Shown here: piece by piece, positions 27,602 to 40,700 of the stretch | How the letters are laid out: each line of letters begins with the position of its first letter | How positions within the stretch are numbered: position 1 is the first letter of the stretch | DNA from: Octopus sinensis | Taxonomy: Eukaryota | Reading direction: 5' to 3' | DNA: 64,000 bases | Assembly: GCF_006345805.1 (NCBI RefSeq) | Contig: NC_042999.1 | Coordinates: forward strand, 173,972,001 to 174,036,000 | The notes under the pieces: generated by a model | The model's input: the letters and a program-made list of their open reading frames with translations, nothing else | Database searches by the model: none | Told to the model about the DNA's origin: nothing | Translations under genes and position numbers: made by a program

Positions 27602-28097
27602 AGAGTTTACGAAAACAACAATATATATTTATACTTAGTATTCCATACAATCATGAAAATTTACACACAAACGTTCTTATTCATACACATGAGACACCTA
27701 CACATTTATACATTCATATATATTACATATAAATATGTTGTGTATGCGTGTGTGTGTAAAAATGATAAAATATGTGAGTGCATATACTACACATGGTTCA
27801 CTCAGTGATTCCGTACTCAGTGCATAAGGTAGAGTGGGAAGTTATGTTTATTACATCAAAAAATTAGAGTCTTCTCGAGATTCTTCAGTCTACTGAGTGC
27901 AATCATCAATCGTCAGTCGACTGATAAGACTGTTATTATATATACAGGCATTCGCTACGTTTCTGCTACTTTAAGCTATGCATTTCGCGCTTACGGAAAT
28001 TGTGAAATATGATTGCTAATATCGGCATAAATTATGTGATTTCACCTTTACGGAAATTTTAAGAATTTAAAAACTGAACTTCTTTATTAGTCTAAAG

Positions 28098-28417
28098 CAG
28101 GCCTGGCCAACTCGAATTACACAGCGGGCCACTTTAATCACAGAAAGTTTTTTGAGGGCCGCTTCTATACTAACAGAATTGAAAGCATTTTGCTTTCTCT
28201 TTAATTACGATAATGAATCGTTGATTCAACATGAAATATTATCGCTGCAAAAACAGCAGTATTTTTATTTTTTACTTTTCGTTACAAACTTTTATTTTTG
28301 ATAACATTTTTTAAATGTTTGTTTGAATAAATCGATTTCAAGAAAGTATCAAGTGGGCCGCAAGATAAAAGTCTGCGAGTCGCATGCGGCCTGCGGGCCT
28401 CGGGTTGGTCAACCATG
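28098..28417. mobile_element. hAT (Charlie-like) MITE
   Basis: TIR-like caggcctggccaa / ttggtcaaccatg; 8-bp TSD gtctaaag / gcctaaag; homologous to 52080-52385. Confidence 0.85.
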
Positions 28418-29485
28418 GCCTAAAGACACCTCTTCGACACTTTAGCGAGCATTAAAGTAGTTAATAATCTGAAAAACTCTAATTACGAAATAAAGATACC
28501 ACCCATCACTGTGACTATCATCACTAGCTTGAGAACTAATGCAACTAATATCACCACCACTACTAACCCAGCAAATTTTGAATAATCACCTGACAACAAT
28601 ATTAGTATCACCATGATAGCGATGCAGCTACATATGGTGTATGTCAACACAATGGTATGTGTGGAGTTGGGATGTAGGTGTATGTGTGAGTAGGAGGGAA
28701 TAGAATCTGATTTTATAGTTTAAGTCAGAGGTGCAAGGGGTAAAGTACCGATGAATTTGGTAACCCTTCAACTAGGGGTTATGCAGTACTTCCTTCTACC
28801 TTACTCCTTCACCTTTCATCGTCTCATTTCTATTTTTACATCCAAAGGAATTAGGTAATTTTTTCTACGTTCTATTTTTACTACATATATGCTGTGGACA
28901 ATTGTTGATTACCAGGGCTGTTAGAATTACCTACAATTCATGATATCTAGAAACAAACTGTCAAGCTGAAGTGAAGACAGTAATGCAGAATGAAAGCGTA
29001 AAATGATTACACTAGATATTATATTTGATGCTTTAAAAAAGGCTTGATGGGGGAGAAGAAAATCAGAAACATGGCCAAAACATTAAAGCTTGTGGTAACA
29101 ATACGTTAAAAACTGCAAGAAAATTAAATGATGTGCTCCTGCACTGTTTGGGTACTTAAGATAGGACAACCCTTGGGTTTATAGACTCTGGATCAAACAC
29201 TGTAATGTCCAAAAAAACACGATTGTAATTTTAAAGATAATCGAACGTTTGCATGACAATTTGAAAAGAAAAGACTGAAATAGGAAACTTCTGCAAAACA
29301 ACTCCACTACCTAGTAAAGATTAGATTAGAAGATTTAAGATGCGCTTGAATTTGTACAACATAAAAATGACTGGCCGCCAGTAAACGATTCTGCTAATTA
29401 GTCTGAGCATCCAATATTTTAGACAGCATTCCTTTAAGTTAACATTGACAGAAGGGATATAAAGGAAAGAATATATATAAATAAA

Positions 29486-29562
<77 letters not shown>

Positions 29563-29684
29563 TGCATATATATATATATATATAATATTAATTAGAGACA
29601 AAACCACTATTATGCAAATCAAACAAAGAAAGACTTAATCCAATACATAAAAAATTTTATATAAATTAAATATAATTAAGATAT

Positions 29685-29730
29685 CCACTACGATCGTTTC
29701 TTGCCACTTCCATGGACATTCATCAGGTGG
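29685..29730 (-). ncRNA. Minimal type I hammerhead ribozyme, stem II imperfect
   Basis: Minus strand CCAC-CTGATGA-atgtccatggaagtggcaa-GAA-ACGATCGT-A-GTGG: palindromic 8-nt stem III, GUA triplet, 4-bp stem I. Confidence 0.7.
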
Positions 29731-30658
29731 TTTCAAGACCTAAAATATAATCAATATTTTTAAGATATAAATTTGAAATGACTAATATATATAAAATATA
29801 AAATTATCAATGAAGATATATATAATCAAGAACTAAAATAACCTCTATAAACGATTGTATATAATGAAACCTAGTATATTTAAATTCTCATATTTAAAGA
29901 TGAAATAGCTAATTTCAAAAAACAAAAAATAAAAAATATATATATACACACATGCTCATGCACATATATCCATGTATGTATATAAACATATCTAAATACA
30001 TACACAAACTCACACACACATATATATATCTATACATACACATAAACATATAGACAAAGATAAATTTATAATGTAGCCGTATACTTCAACACATTACTTA
30101 TTCATACTCACCCACACACACATACAATCACTCATTCATAAACATATTCTCTCAGCATGAAACTAACACAGAGGAAAAATAACATCCAGTAGCCGCAGAT
30201 ACTCAACCACAAACTTATAGAAATATTTCATTCTTAGTAAAATATTATTAAATACTATATACTATATATATGTAATAAACATATATAAATACGTAAACAA
30301 ACACACACACATATATATTCTATATACTATATGCATGTAATAAACATATATAAATACATAAACAAACACACACACACGTATATATTTATACATACACAAA
30401 TACATAAAGACAATATTTCTACACATTAATAATGCATACTCCCACACACACACATACAATCATTCATACATAAACGTATTCACACTGCAATACTCTAACA
30501 CAGAGGAGGAACAAATCCAGTAGACACAGATACTCAGCTACATACTTATAGGAATATTCCTTACTTAGTAATATATTATTAAAAAATATTATAATTACTA
30601 TAAACAAATTTATGAATGGGAATATTATCTTATATAAAATATATATATATATATATAC

Positions 30659-32028
30659 GTATGGTTTCCGACCAGGGAGAAGCTGTTTAACTCAGCTCCT
30701 ACAACACTATGACTGGGTGCTGAAACGGCTGCTCAACCACTCAAATGTGGAAGTGATATATCTCGACTTTGCAAAGGCCTTTGATAAAGTCGATCATGGA
30801 ATGATATGTCACAAACTGCGTGATCTCAACTTAGTTGGAAAACTGGGAGAATGGCTTCATGACTTTCTGAAGGATAGAAGTCAGGTGGTAGTAGCCAATG
30901 GGGCCACCTCCATTAACACACAAATAGTGAGCGGTGTTCCGCAGGGCACTGTTCTGGGACCACTACTGTTCATAATGGCCCTCTCAGACATGCCCTCAGC
31001 CACGCAGAGAGCCACGATCACAAGTTATGCAGATGATACAAAAGTTTCACAGGCAATACAGAACCCTGAGGACACTAAACACCTGCAATGTGAGCTGGAC
31101 GAAATATACAAGTGGGCTGAAAAGAATAGCATGCAGTTCAATGCTGGAAAGTTTCAAGCTTTATACTATCAGCATGCAAAACTGAATGCAATACCCAATG
31201 AATACACTGGACCCGGAGGGATTGCAATCCCAGAGGCACAATCAGTGCGTGACCTGGGTATTCACATGAGTGATGACGCGACCTTTCATGTACATGTTGC
31301 TAAACTGACAATGAAATGTAGACGGCTGGCTGGATGGATTCTTAGCACCTTTAGAACAAGAGAACAAGAAACCATGATGGTCCTCTGGAAGACACTTGTC
31401 CTAAGCCACTTTGACTATTGCTCTCAGCTATGGTCACCATCCAGTGTCAAGTTGATCACAGAACTTGAGGCGATCCAACGAAGCTACACAAAGAAGATAG
31501 CCTCTATGCAGAATGTAAGCTACTGGGAAAGACTGAAGAGATTAAAATTATATTCCCTGGAGCGTAGGCGGGAAAGATATGCCATAATATACATCTGGAA
31601 GATCTGGAGGGAAGTGTCCTGAACTTTGGCATCGAGAGTTACGCAAATGCCAGAACTGGGCGCCACTGCGTGGTGCCTAGGACTCCAAACCTGCCATCAA
31701 GATGTAGGACAAGATTCTGTGATAGCCTGGGCTTCCGAGGCCCACATCTCTTCAATATCCTCCCGAAGAACCTGAGAGACCTGCATGGGGTGGTTACAGA
31801 TGTCTTTAAAATGAAGCTGGATCTCTTCCTGTCAGGTGTCCCAGATGAACCAACTTCACGGCAGGAGGGGCAGATGAGGGCAGCTGCATCGAACTCTCTC
31901 ATGCACCAAATAGCAGTTGCTAGAAAGCCTCCATGAAGTGAAACCAAGTAGCAACACCAAATGGCGGTGCCCCAGCATGGCCACAGCTCATAAGCTGAAA
32001 CTAGAATCAATCAATCAATCAATCAATC
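30659..32028 (+). mobile_element. CR1-type LINE, 5'-truncated, young; RT nearly intact
   Basis: ORF 30612-31622 has GFRPGRSC, YLDFAKAFDKVDH, GVPQGTVLGPLLF, YADDTK and DLGI; one frameshift near 31610 continues to 31936; 3' hairpins and an (AATC)n tail at 32005-32028. Confidence 0.95.
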
Positions 32029-32683
32029 ATATATGTTTATTACATCGAAACATATCTATTTATCAAAGTTTGTCTAAATTATTTAATAACTAATAACAAA
32101 GAAAAATACGATAAATAGATCACTACATAAACAACAAGATTAACATAAGGAGAATATTATTATTCAAAGGCTTATACATATTAAAAATTACAATTTTGAG
32201 ATCTTAAAATATACGTACCTTCTTTGCAAGTTTTAAACTATGAAGTAAATTTGAATGACAAACGTCTTACAGCGTTTAAGAAATTACGTTATCAACAGAA
32301 ATAGAATAAATTTTTAATAAATTCTTTGCGCGTGATGAACCAACGTTATTTAAAGATTTTGAATGGAATAATATGTTTATCATCGTAAATAGAATGAATT
32401 TACTAAAAAATTCTTTAATAAAACAAGCATGATAAACGAAACCCAAACAAAACAAATATAATGATCAAAACCACCCATTACCAGATACACAAGAACAAAC
32501 CTATATAGCAATCGCCCCCATCTATACATTCACACACATATACACACACATATTTAGACACACCCACACCCATATACATATACACACTCACACATACATA
32601 TACATACGTACAATACTCGATATATACACCAATATATTCACACCCACACCCATACAAATAAATAAATAAATACATATACATCC

Positions 32684-32725
<42 letters not shown>

Positions 32726-34166
32726 TCATCAAATACACATATATATAAACACACACATTCACAAAAAAATAAATAAATATGTATGTATGAGTGTGTACAC
32801 GCATACGGGTGCAATCGCGCGCACATGCAAGCATGCATGTATACATGTGCATGCACAAGCACACGCATGTACATGTGCACGCATGCACACCCGCATCTAC
32901 ACATACACTTTTACACGCGCACACGTGCACACACGCACATGCACATGCATATTCACGGACACCCTCCTATACATCTATATATACGTATATATGGCTACAT
33001 CACAATCCCACCCAGCATAAATAAATCTGCCATGATCACCATTCGCAAACTATAATACAAGGGGATTGGAAACATTCACAATATGTAGGGGACAACCATC
33101 CAAATCCACCCCTATGCATTCAACAACATGTGGCTCCCATTCATCCAATTCAACCCGTATCAGGTTATACCCATATATGCCATAAATTAATAATATAGTA
33201 TAATATATGAATGTAAATAAACATATCTAAATACGTACACAAATCCACATACACATATATATATCTATACATACACATATACATATAGACACAGATATAA
33301 TATTCATTAAAAAATAACCATGATAAATGAAACCTACATAAAAAATTAAATGACTAAAACCACCAATTATTAAATACACAATACAAATCTATATAGCAAT
33401 ACCCCCACACTATAAACTATTTCCCACACCCCCACATCCCAAACTAAGACTAATATTCATAACAAACCCATACATACTACACAAAAAATTTATAGTACAA
33501 CCACACACACTCATACACAATATAATAAAATACCAAACACACACATGCACATATACATATATACACATACACATACACATGCACAAATACGTATATACAC
33601 ACACACACATCTACATACATATACATATACATACACATATACACATATATACTCACATACTTTCATATACATATATACACACACATGTACACACACCTAC
33701 ACCACACACATATACATACTCATACATACTTATACATACATACAATACTCGATATATACACCAATATATACACACACATCAACAAATACTCATATATACA
33801 AACACACACATTCACATAAATTATAAATATATATATATATAAATGTCTATATACTACAATACATAATAGAGGTAAATAATAAAATAAATAAAATAAATCT
33901 AAAATAAATAAAATTGTAACTTACCAGACTCAATATTCAATAAACAGTAATATATTAAATATACATTAATAAGAAATTAATTAATACAATGAAGAACCAT
34001 CTATAATCTAACTATATATTAAAACCTAAACTATAATCTAACTATATATTAAAACCTAAACTACATAACTAAAATAAATTATTATAAAAGTACTCTAAAC
34101 ACTTAAAATTTAAAATACTAGAACAAAACCCATAATAGGGAGCTATTTAATGTTAATAAATAATTA

Positions 34167-35455
34167 TTAATTATCATGAAACTTATTATATAAGTAAAGT
34201 AACCTGTGTCTGCATTTTATTTTGCGCTCTTCACCTGTATTCAGTAAATTATCATACTTATAAAATAAAATTTCCTTAAACTCATTAGAGCACAAATAAC
34301 AAAAATTCGCTCCTGTAGTATATGATTTAGTTTTACAAATTATTTCCCAAGATAAATTATAATTAATATTTTGTGATTTAAGTCTCCAAATGTACTTGCT
34401 AAGTCCAGTGGAGTTGATTAAGTTTTTATTTTTAAAAGAATTCAGAGGTTGTGCGATTCTTAATTTTATTTTAGAGGAAGTAGACCCTATATAAATCGCT
34501 TTTGGGTAATTATTATTCTTAAAATTATTATCATGTAATGTAACTATACTACATCATTAATATCGCATTTATTATTTAATTTACATTTAGATTTATCTCT
34601 ACAAGTACAGTTAATATATGTCTTATCTTTATTATTAGTATTATTAAATAATTTATTTTTATAAAAATTATTCAGTTTAAATTTGTTAAATGAAGAAATA
34701 ATGTTACCTACATTATTAGTGGTGGAATAACCTACTCCAAAATTATTACTAGAGAAAATGTTTTTATATTTACGATTATCTCGAATAAAAAGTTCGATAA
34801 TATCTAAAATCTCTTTAATAATGTTCGTTTTAACTTGATCACCATAAGGAACTATTAACCAAATTTTATTCTTATTTACCTTCTTATTATTATCACTGTC
34901 ATTATTATTATTGTAATTATATTTCTTTATCATATTAAAATTATTACTATTATCAGATTTATCTCTATGTACAACATTTAAAGAATTATTAATGTTATTA
35001 ATTTTATTAATATTATTATTATTATTATTATTATTTTTATTTTTATTTTTATTTTTATAATTTCTAATATTTTTACCACTAATACTAACAAAATTATAAT
35101 TATTATTAATATAATTATCTCTAAAATTATTAGTTATATCTTTATCATTAATTTTATTATAAAATTTAATATTCCTATTATAACCTGCCTCTCTAAGGGC
35201 CTCATTATAATAAGGAGCATGTTTATTAAAAATCTCTATATCATAAGAGAGTAATGAAATACGTTTACTTATATTATTAATCAACGATTTTTTAATAGAA
35301 TGTGGGTGATTACTATTAACATTTATATATCTAAGGGTCTCATTAATTTTATGATATGGTTGTGTTTTACCTGTAATTAGATTAAAATTAGCATCTAAAT
35401 AATTAACATTAGAATTCTCCTTATATATAGTGATACTTAAACCATATATATGTAC
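34167..35455 (-). pseudogene. Penelope-like RT C-terminus, CxC linker and GIY-YIG endonuclease
   Basis: Open frame 35455-34544: YGLSITI, NYLDANFNL, SNHPHSI, KRISLLS, APYYNEALREAGY, CTCRDKSKCKLNNKC. After a stop and frameshift, YIGST (34479-34493), LSKYIWRLK, WEII, CYLCSNE, LLN and CRH to stop 34167. Confidence 0.9.
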
Positions 35456-36287
35456 CTATCCGACATGGGTGCTAGCGCCAACACTACCATGTCGCACGCT
35501 TAGACAATTGTGGAGATATCTTCACATGACACCATCAGTTGTCTTGTCAACCCACAAATAAAGTATATATGTATGTTAACAGGCATACCCGGCATTTCCA
35601 TCTTCCCTATGGTTCAGAGGTGTTGAAATCAACCCGGAACAATTCTCATCGCTGCATCGCCAACGGTCTTTTTGCTTTTTGTTCCAGCTTTAATGAATGT
35701 CCTCTGTAGAGGATCTTGTCTTTTCCTATTTGTGTTTTGACAATTTTCATTTCGGTTTCCATTTTTCTGACTTGGTACTGGATTACAAATTGTAGCATTT
35801 GGTTTAGTTGGCCTTTATATGTATTATAATTTATAATTCAAAGATTAAAAGGTCAATTTCTGTTGATTAATTATTTCATTTTTGTGCAAGATATACTGAA
35901 TTGGATACTTGCCGAAACTGGGAACTTGCTTAGTTCGGACTTGTAATGTTAGCACTTGTTAAGCTGTGGCTCTACCTGAAAAGTTACTTGCTAACATTCT
36001 ATTTGCTGGGCTTTCACTTGCTGAATTAAAGTGCTCCCACATACAAACAAACATACATACATACATTAATGAATGACGAACGAACAGGTGTTATGTAATG
36101 AGCTGCATAAACTTACGGCTCTTTCGGCTACTGGATGTTGCCAAGCACTCACGTCTGAGTGTACTGCATTTTATAACATAAAAAGCTGAAAGCTAATGGA
36201 AGTGATTACGTAATTGTTGTTCTTTTGTAATTCATTCATTAATATTACGCTCTATACTCACCTCACGCTTTACTCTAAACTACAAAT

Positions 36288-36328
36288 ATACTGATTACTA
36301 GCGTAAATATGCCTGAGTGACATGATAG

Positions 36329-36405
<77 letters not shown>

Positions 36406-36441
36406 ATGTTGCTCAGGCATAGTTATCCAAGTAATCAGTAT
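36288..36441. repeat. Diverged inverted repeat, 40-bp arms (33/40 identical), around a (CA)/(TA) core
   Basis: 36288-36327 compared with the reverse complement of 36402-36441. Confidence 0.8.
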
Positions 36442-37570
36442 GTATATATATATATATATATATATATGTTTGTAGATATACATTTATGTTTGTATGTATG
36501 TATGTATGTATGTATAAACGTACGTATGTATGCATTGTAATATAGATAGATTAAATTATGTACACGGGTGAACGTAAATAGGAATAGGATACAGTAATAA
36601 TGTGAAGGAGATGGCCATAAAAGTGTGAAGTAAATACGAAATAACTGATGTTGATAGTAGACACAATCAATAGTAAATAAAAACCAAGATAATTTTATCT
36701 ATTTGATAAGTAGTGTATGAATTTTATAAGGTGTTGCATAATTAATTGAATATTCCCATATAGAAGTAAAAGATTTAGTAAAACGTAAATAGAGTGTTAA
36801 AAATGTGTGCAAGAGAGGAGAGAGTAAACTGTATAGAAATAATAATCTGGAGAAAGTAAACAACATTTGTGAGAAAACTTTACGAATTGAATAACGGTGC
36901 GGAAATTTTGAACTAAAATGCGAAAGAGGTCAAAAGAAAGGTGAGTAAAATACTTTTCTTTTTTAATCCAGTAAAAAACATTAAATAACAGAAAAGGAGG
37001 CAAAGAACTGACTAAGGGTAAAGATATCGATTAATATATCAATAAAACTGTTTTGAGTAAAATGTATTTATTTGTAGGTTAATATTTAAATAAAAAACAG
37101 GAAATATATAGAAAAGAGTAGAAAGAGATGTGGTGTAGGAATACGTCGATGGAAGGAGATACAAGTAAAAAAGAGAGAAAGTGATGTAGTAGCTAAAGAA
37201 TGGCTGAGCGTCGAAATGGGTTTTACAGTGTTATCGGGATTCATCTAAGCGGGTAAAACTGGGGTTAAATTAGGAAACATGTTAAAGGCGAAATGTCGGT
37301 CGGTAACTCGAAATGAGAGAATAATAGTCGCTAAAACATATTTTAATATAGACATTACGTCTAAATGAACAAAGTAAATACGTTAAATCTGCGTAGCTAA
37401 ATAAATATACTTCGGTGATGAAAAATTCCCTTGGTAATATTGGTTGATATCTGCAAAAAGAAAGATTATATATAGTAAGTTGAAAATAGAAAATGTAGCA
37501 AAACTATATCACACTCATTAGGACAGTAAATTTATAATCAGAAGGAAATTAACAGGAAAAGGAAGTGACG

Positions 37571-37605
<35 letters not shown>

Positions 37606-37828
37606 AATATATATATATAAACGTGTGTGTGCTTGTGTGTGCGTGCTTGTGTATAAGTATATATATACGAATGGATGGATATGTATATATATACATATAT
37701 GAGTGTAGTCTTTATATATACGTTATATATGCGTGTGGTGTGTATGTGTGTATATGTATGGATATGTACAAATCTTATGTTTGTAGACATTTTTATTTTA
37801 TTGTTTGTATATATATATATATATATAT

Positions 37829-37897
<69 letters not shown>

Positions 37898-37907
37898 TAT
37901 ATAATAT

Positions 37908-37960
<53 letters not shown>

Positions 37961-38069
37961 CAGCAGGACACACTTTTCATTGGAAGCAAGATTTGTGTAA
38001 AAGGCGATGGAAATATCGAAAATAAAAATAATAACGATAACAAAAATACAACTGATGAAAAAGTAACAA

Positions 38070-38260
38070 ATATACTCAGACGACAGCTCCTGAGTACTGC
38101 GAAAAAGCAAAAGCTCATGTATTATGGCCGTAGTCGAAGAAGTAAAAGTCTGGAAATATCATGGAAGGAATAGTAGACAATATCAGTATTTGGTTGGAGA
38201 GGAGCTGCATGGCAGCTGGAAAACATAGTCGGGAAGGCAATGCAACGGTGATGACTCATA
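38070..38260 (+). mobile_element. RTE-type LINE C-terminal fragment
   Basis: RQLLSTAKKQKLMYYG, SLE, IMEGIV and DNISIW remnants. Confidence 0.55.
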
Positions 38261-38470
38261 TAATAGTGGTTTCAAATTTTGGCACATGGTCAGCAAGCTC
38301 GGGGGAGGGGATAAGTCGACCCCAGTCCTCAACTGGTACTTATTTTATCGACCCCGAGAATGAAAAGCAAAGCTGACCCCGGTGGTGTTTAAACTTGATA
38401 CGTAAAGTTGCACGAAATGCACAAAGCATTTTTCCCAGCTTGCTAACGATTCTGCAAGCATGCCGCCTTA
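38261..38470 (-). mobile_element. SINE, second family
   Basis: Reverse-complement match to 24443-24651. Confidence 0.7.
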
Positions 38471-38754
38471 TATGACTCAGATGATGATAATAGAAATAAA
38501 AGATCATTTCCTTGCAGTTGGTGATGTATAAAACACTGCACTAGCTACTGTTCTCCATTGGTTTAAAATATATTTCCAGCTTGAAATTTCACTTTTCCTA
38601 TTGGAGTTCCTGAATGTTTACGTGTAATTATATTGTAATGTAACGTGAAGATACTAATATAAGTCTATATACGTGCTTACTGAGTTGTTGCTAGTATCAT
38701 TGAAACTATGCTAGCATTTTTTAGTTTAAATGACAATTATATTTAATCTTGCTA

Positions 38755-38912
38755 CTACTATCTGAGTTCAAATTCCGCCGAGGTCAACTTTGCTTTAATT
38801 ACTTGGAGGTAGATACAATGAGTACCAGTTAAGTACTGGGGTCGATGTAATAGATTTACATCTCTGCTCCCGAAATTGCTGGCCTGGTGCTAAAATCTGA
38901 AATCAATATTAC
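38755..38912 (+). mobile_element. SINE, second family, 5'-truncated
   Basis: tctgagttcaaattccgccgaggtc, ggggtcgatgtaat and aaatctgaa motifs. Confidence 0.75.
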
Positions 38913-39328
38913 AACCACTATTAGGGTTACTATGTAGAATTTAATTTCTGTGGATTAAATGAATATAGATTCAATGCAAATTGTTGAAACAGGATGAGTT
39001 GTTTTAATGGTGTTCTTATGAAAACATACCCTAAGCAAGAGGAAAAAATTCTGGCTGTCGAGTTAATTACAACGAAAGGGAAGGTGATGGTGTATACGTG
39101 TGACTACAGTAGGTTCGATATAGAAACATTTGCCTTGAAAATCACTTCTACCTAAGGCTCCATTGTAGTACAGTGTTGCTCCTTTAATGGTTTGTATGTT
39201 GTGAGAGATGTTTGGGACTTCAAGCAAAATTTTCTAAACCAAATTATTTGTTTTAAGGATATAGTTTAATGATTTTTCAGTTTTCTAAACTACAAATTGT
39301 TAAATTTTACATCTATTGAGTCACCTAT

Positions 39329-39544
39329 CTCTTTTACTCTTTTACTTGTTTCAGTCGTTTGAGGGCGGTCATGCTGGAGCACCACCTTTAGTTGAGCAAA
39401 TCGACCCCAGGACTTATTCTTTGTAAGCCTAGTACTTATTTTGCCGAACCGCTAAGTTACGGGGATGTAAACACACCAGCATCGGTTGTCAAGCGATGTT
39501 GGGGGACAAACACAGACACACAAAGATACACACCACACACACAT

Positions 39545-39636
<92 letters not shown>

Positions 39637-39805
39637 TATATATGACGGGTCTCTTTCAGTTTCCGTCTACCAAATCCATTCACAAGGATTTGGTCGGCCC
39701 GAGGCTATAGTAGAAGACACTTGCCTTAGATGCCACGTAGGGAGACTGAACCCAGAAACATGTGGTTGATAAGCAAGCTACTTACCACACAGCCACTCCT
39801 GCGCC
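39329..39805 (-). mobile_element. tRNA-derived SINE, full length, with internal (CA)/(TA)
   Basis: Same layout as 23287-23747. Confidence 0.88.
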
Positions 39806-39819
39806 TATGTTTAATTTAG

Positions 39820-40700
39820 CTTCAGAAGTGACCTATAATCCAAATTCTTTCTTTTCTTAATTGTGTAGACTTGCTGTTATTTAACAGTGGTACACTGTCT
39901 TCCAAACGAAAACCCCCTTGTAACGACTGGAATTTGGGTTTAAGACGTAAAAACAGAAAAAGCCCAGCAGGTTCGCTAATTTCTACTGATGTTGCCCTAC
40001 CCATGTGGTCATCAAGGGATATAAGGTGATATTTTTTAAATTCATAATGAATCTTGTTGCTTTAAAAACAACAAAAGTAATAATATCAATGACAAAATAT
40101 TTGACATTAAGGATGGATTTGGAGACATCATGCCTTTACCCAAGAGAGGAAGACTAATAGAGGAGTACAATTTAAGGATTTGCCATTATGAAGAATTTTC
40201 TGAAACCAGTTAATACCTCCTTCACTATTTTACCACAAATATAATGTGATATTTCGTTAATATTAGGGATTATTTTGTCAAGAATGTGCTTGCTAATTTC
40301 CCCAAAATCAGTTTTAGAGGGCTTGATTATTAGAAGAATTTTGTTGAAAATTAACTTTATTTCGATCAAGAAAAAAACAGCTTTAGGTATTAATGGATGA
40401 CTTCTGGTATGAATATTTAGATTTACTTTTATGACTTAACCTTAAGAATTAATGTTAAGTAGTTTCCTTATAATTCTTGACAATGTTACTAATGAGTCTA
40501 TAATGCTTTTTGTTTATATCATAATTTTCTGGCTTTATCTGATTGTATAAAAATCTAATTAAAGGTTCCCATATAGCTTCATTTCTTCTTTAAATTTTAA
40601 TGAAAAACATTCTTAAATTTCCTTAACTCCAAGTTGTGTTTTTATAAATAAAAATAAGTTGAGACAATGTATTAGGAAGTTGACATCTGTCAGCTTTAAA
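39820..40700 (-). pseudogene. Heavily decayed Penelope-like RT, N-terminal and core region
   Basis: Remnants SDKAR (near 40530), LIIKPSKTDFGEISKHILDKII, NLYSSISLPLLGK, MGRATSVEISEPAGLFL (cf. MGS.DGAE.CELVGL) and GGFRLEDS (cf. GLYRDD). Confidence 0.7.

Larger units (their letters stand above)
29585..35455 (-). mobile_element. 5'-truncated Penelope-like element with a long repetitive 3' region, interrupted by a CR1 LINE
   Basis: RT-EN coding remnant at 34167-35455, hammerhead at 29685-29730 and a terminus at (TA)n near 29585. Shared repeats on both sides of the LINE (about 29980-30060 and 33215-33295) link the two halves; continuity is inferred. Confidence 0.6.
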
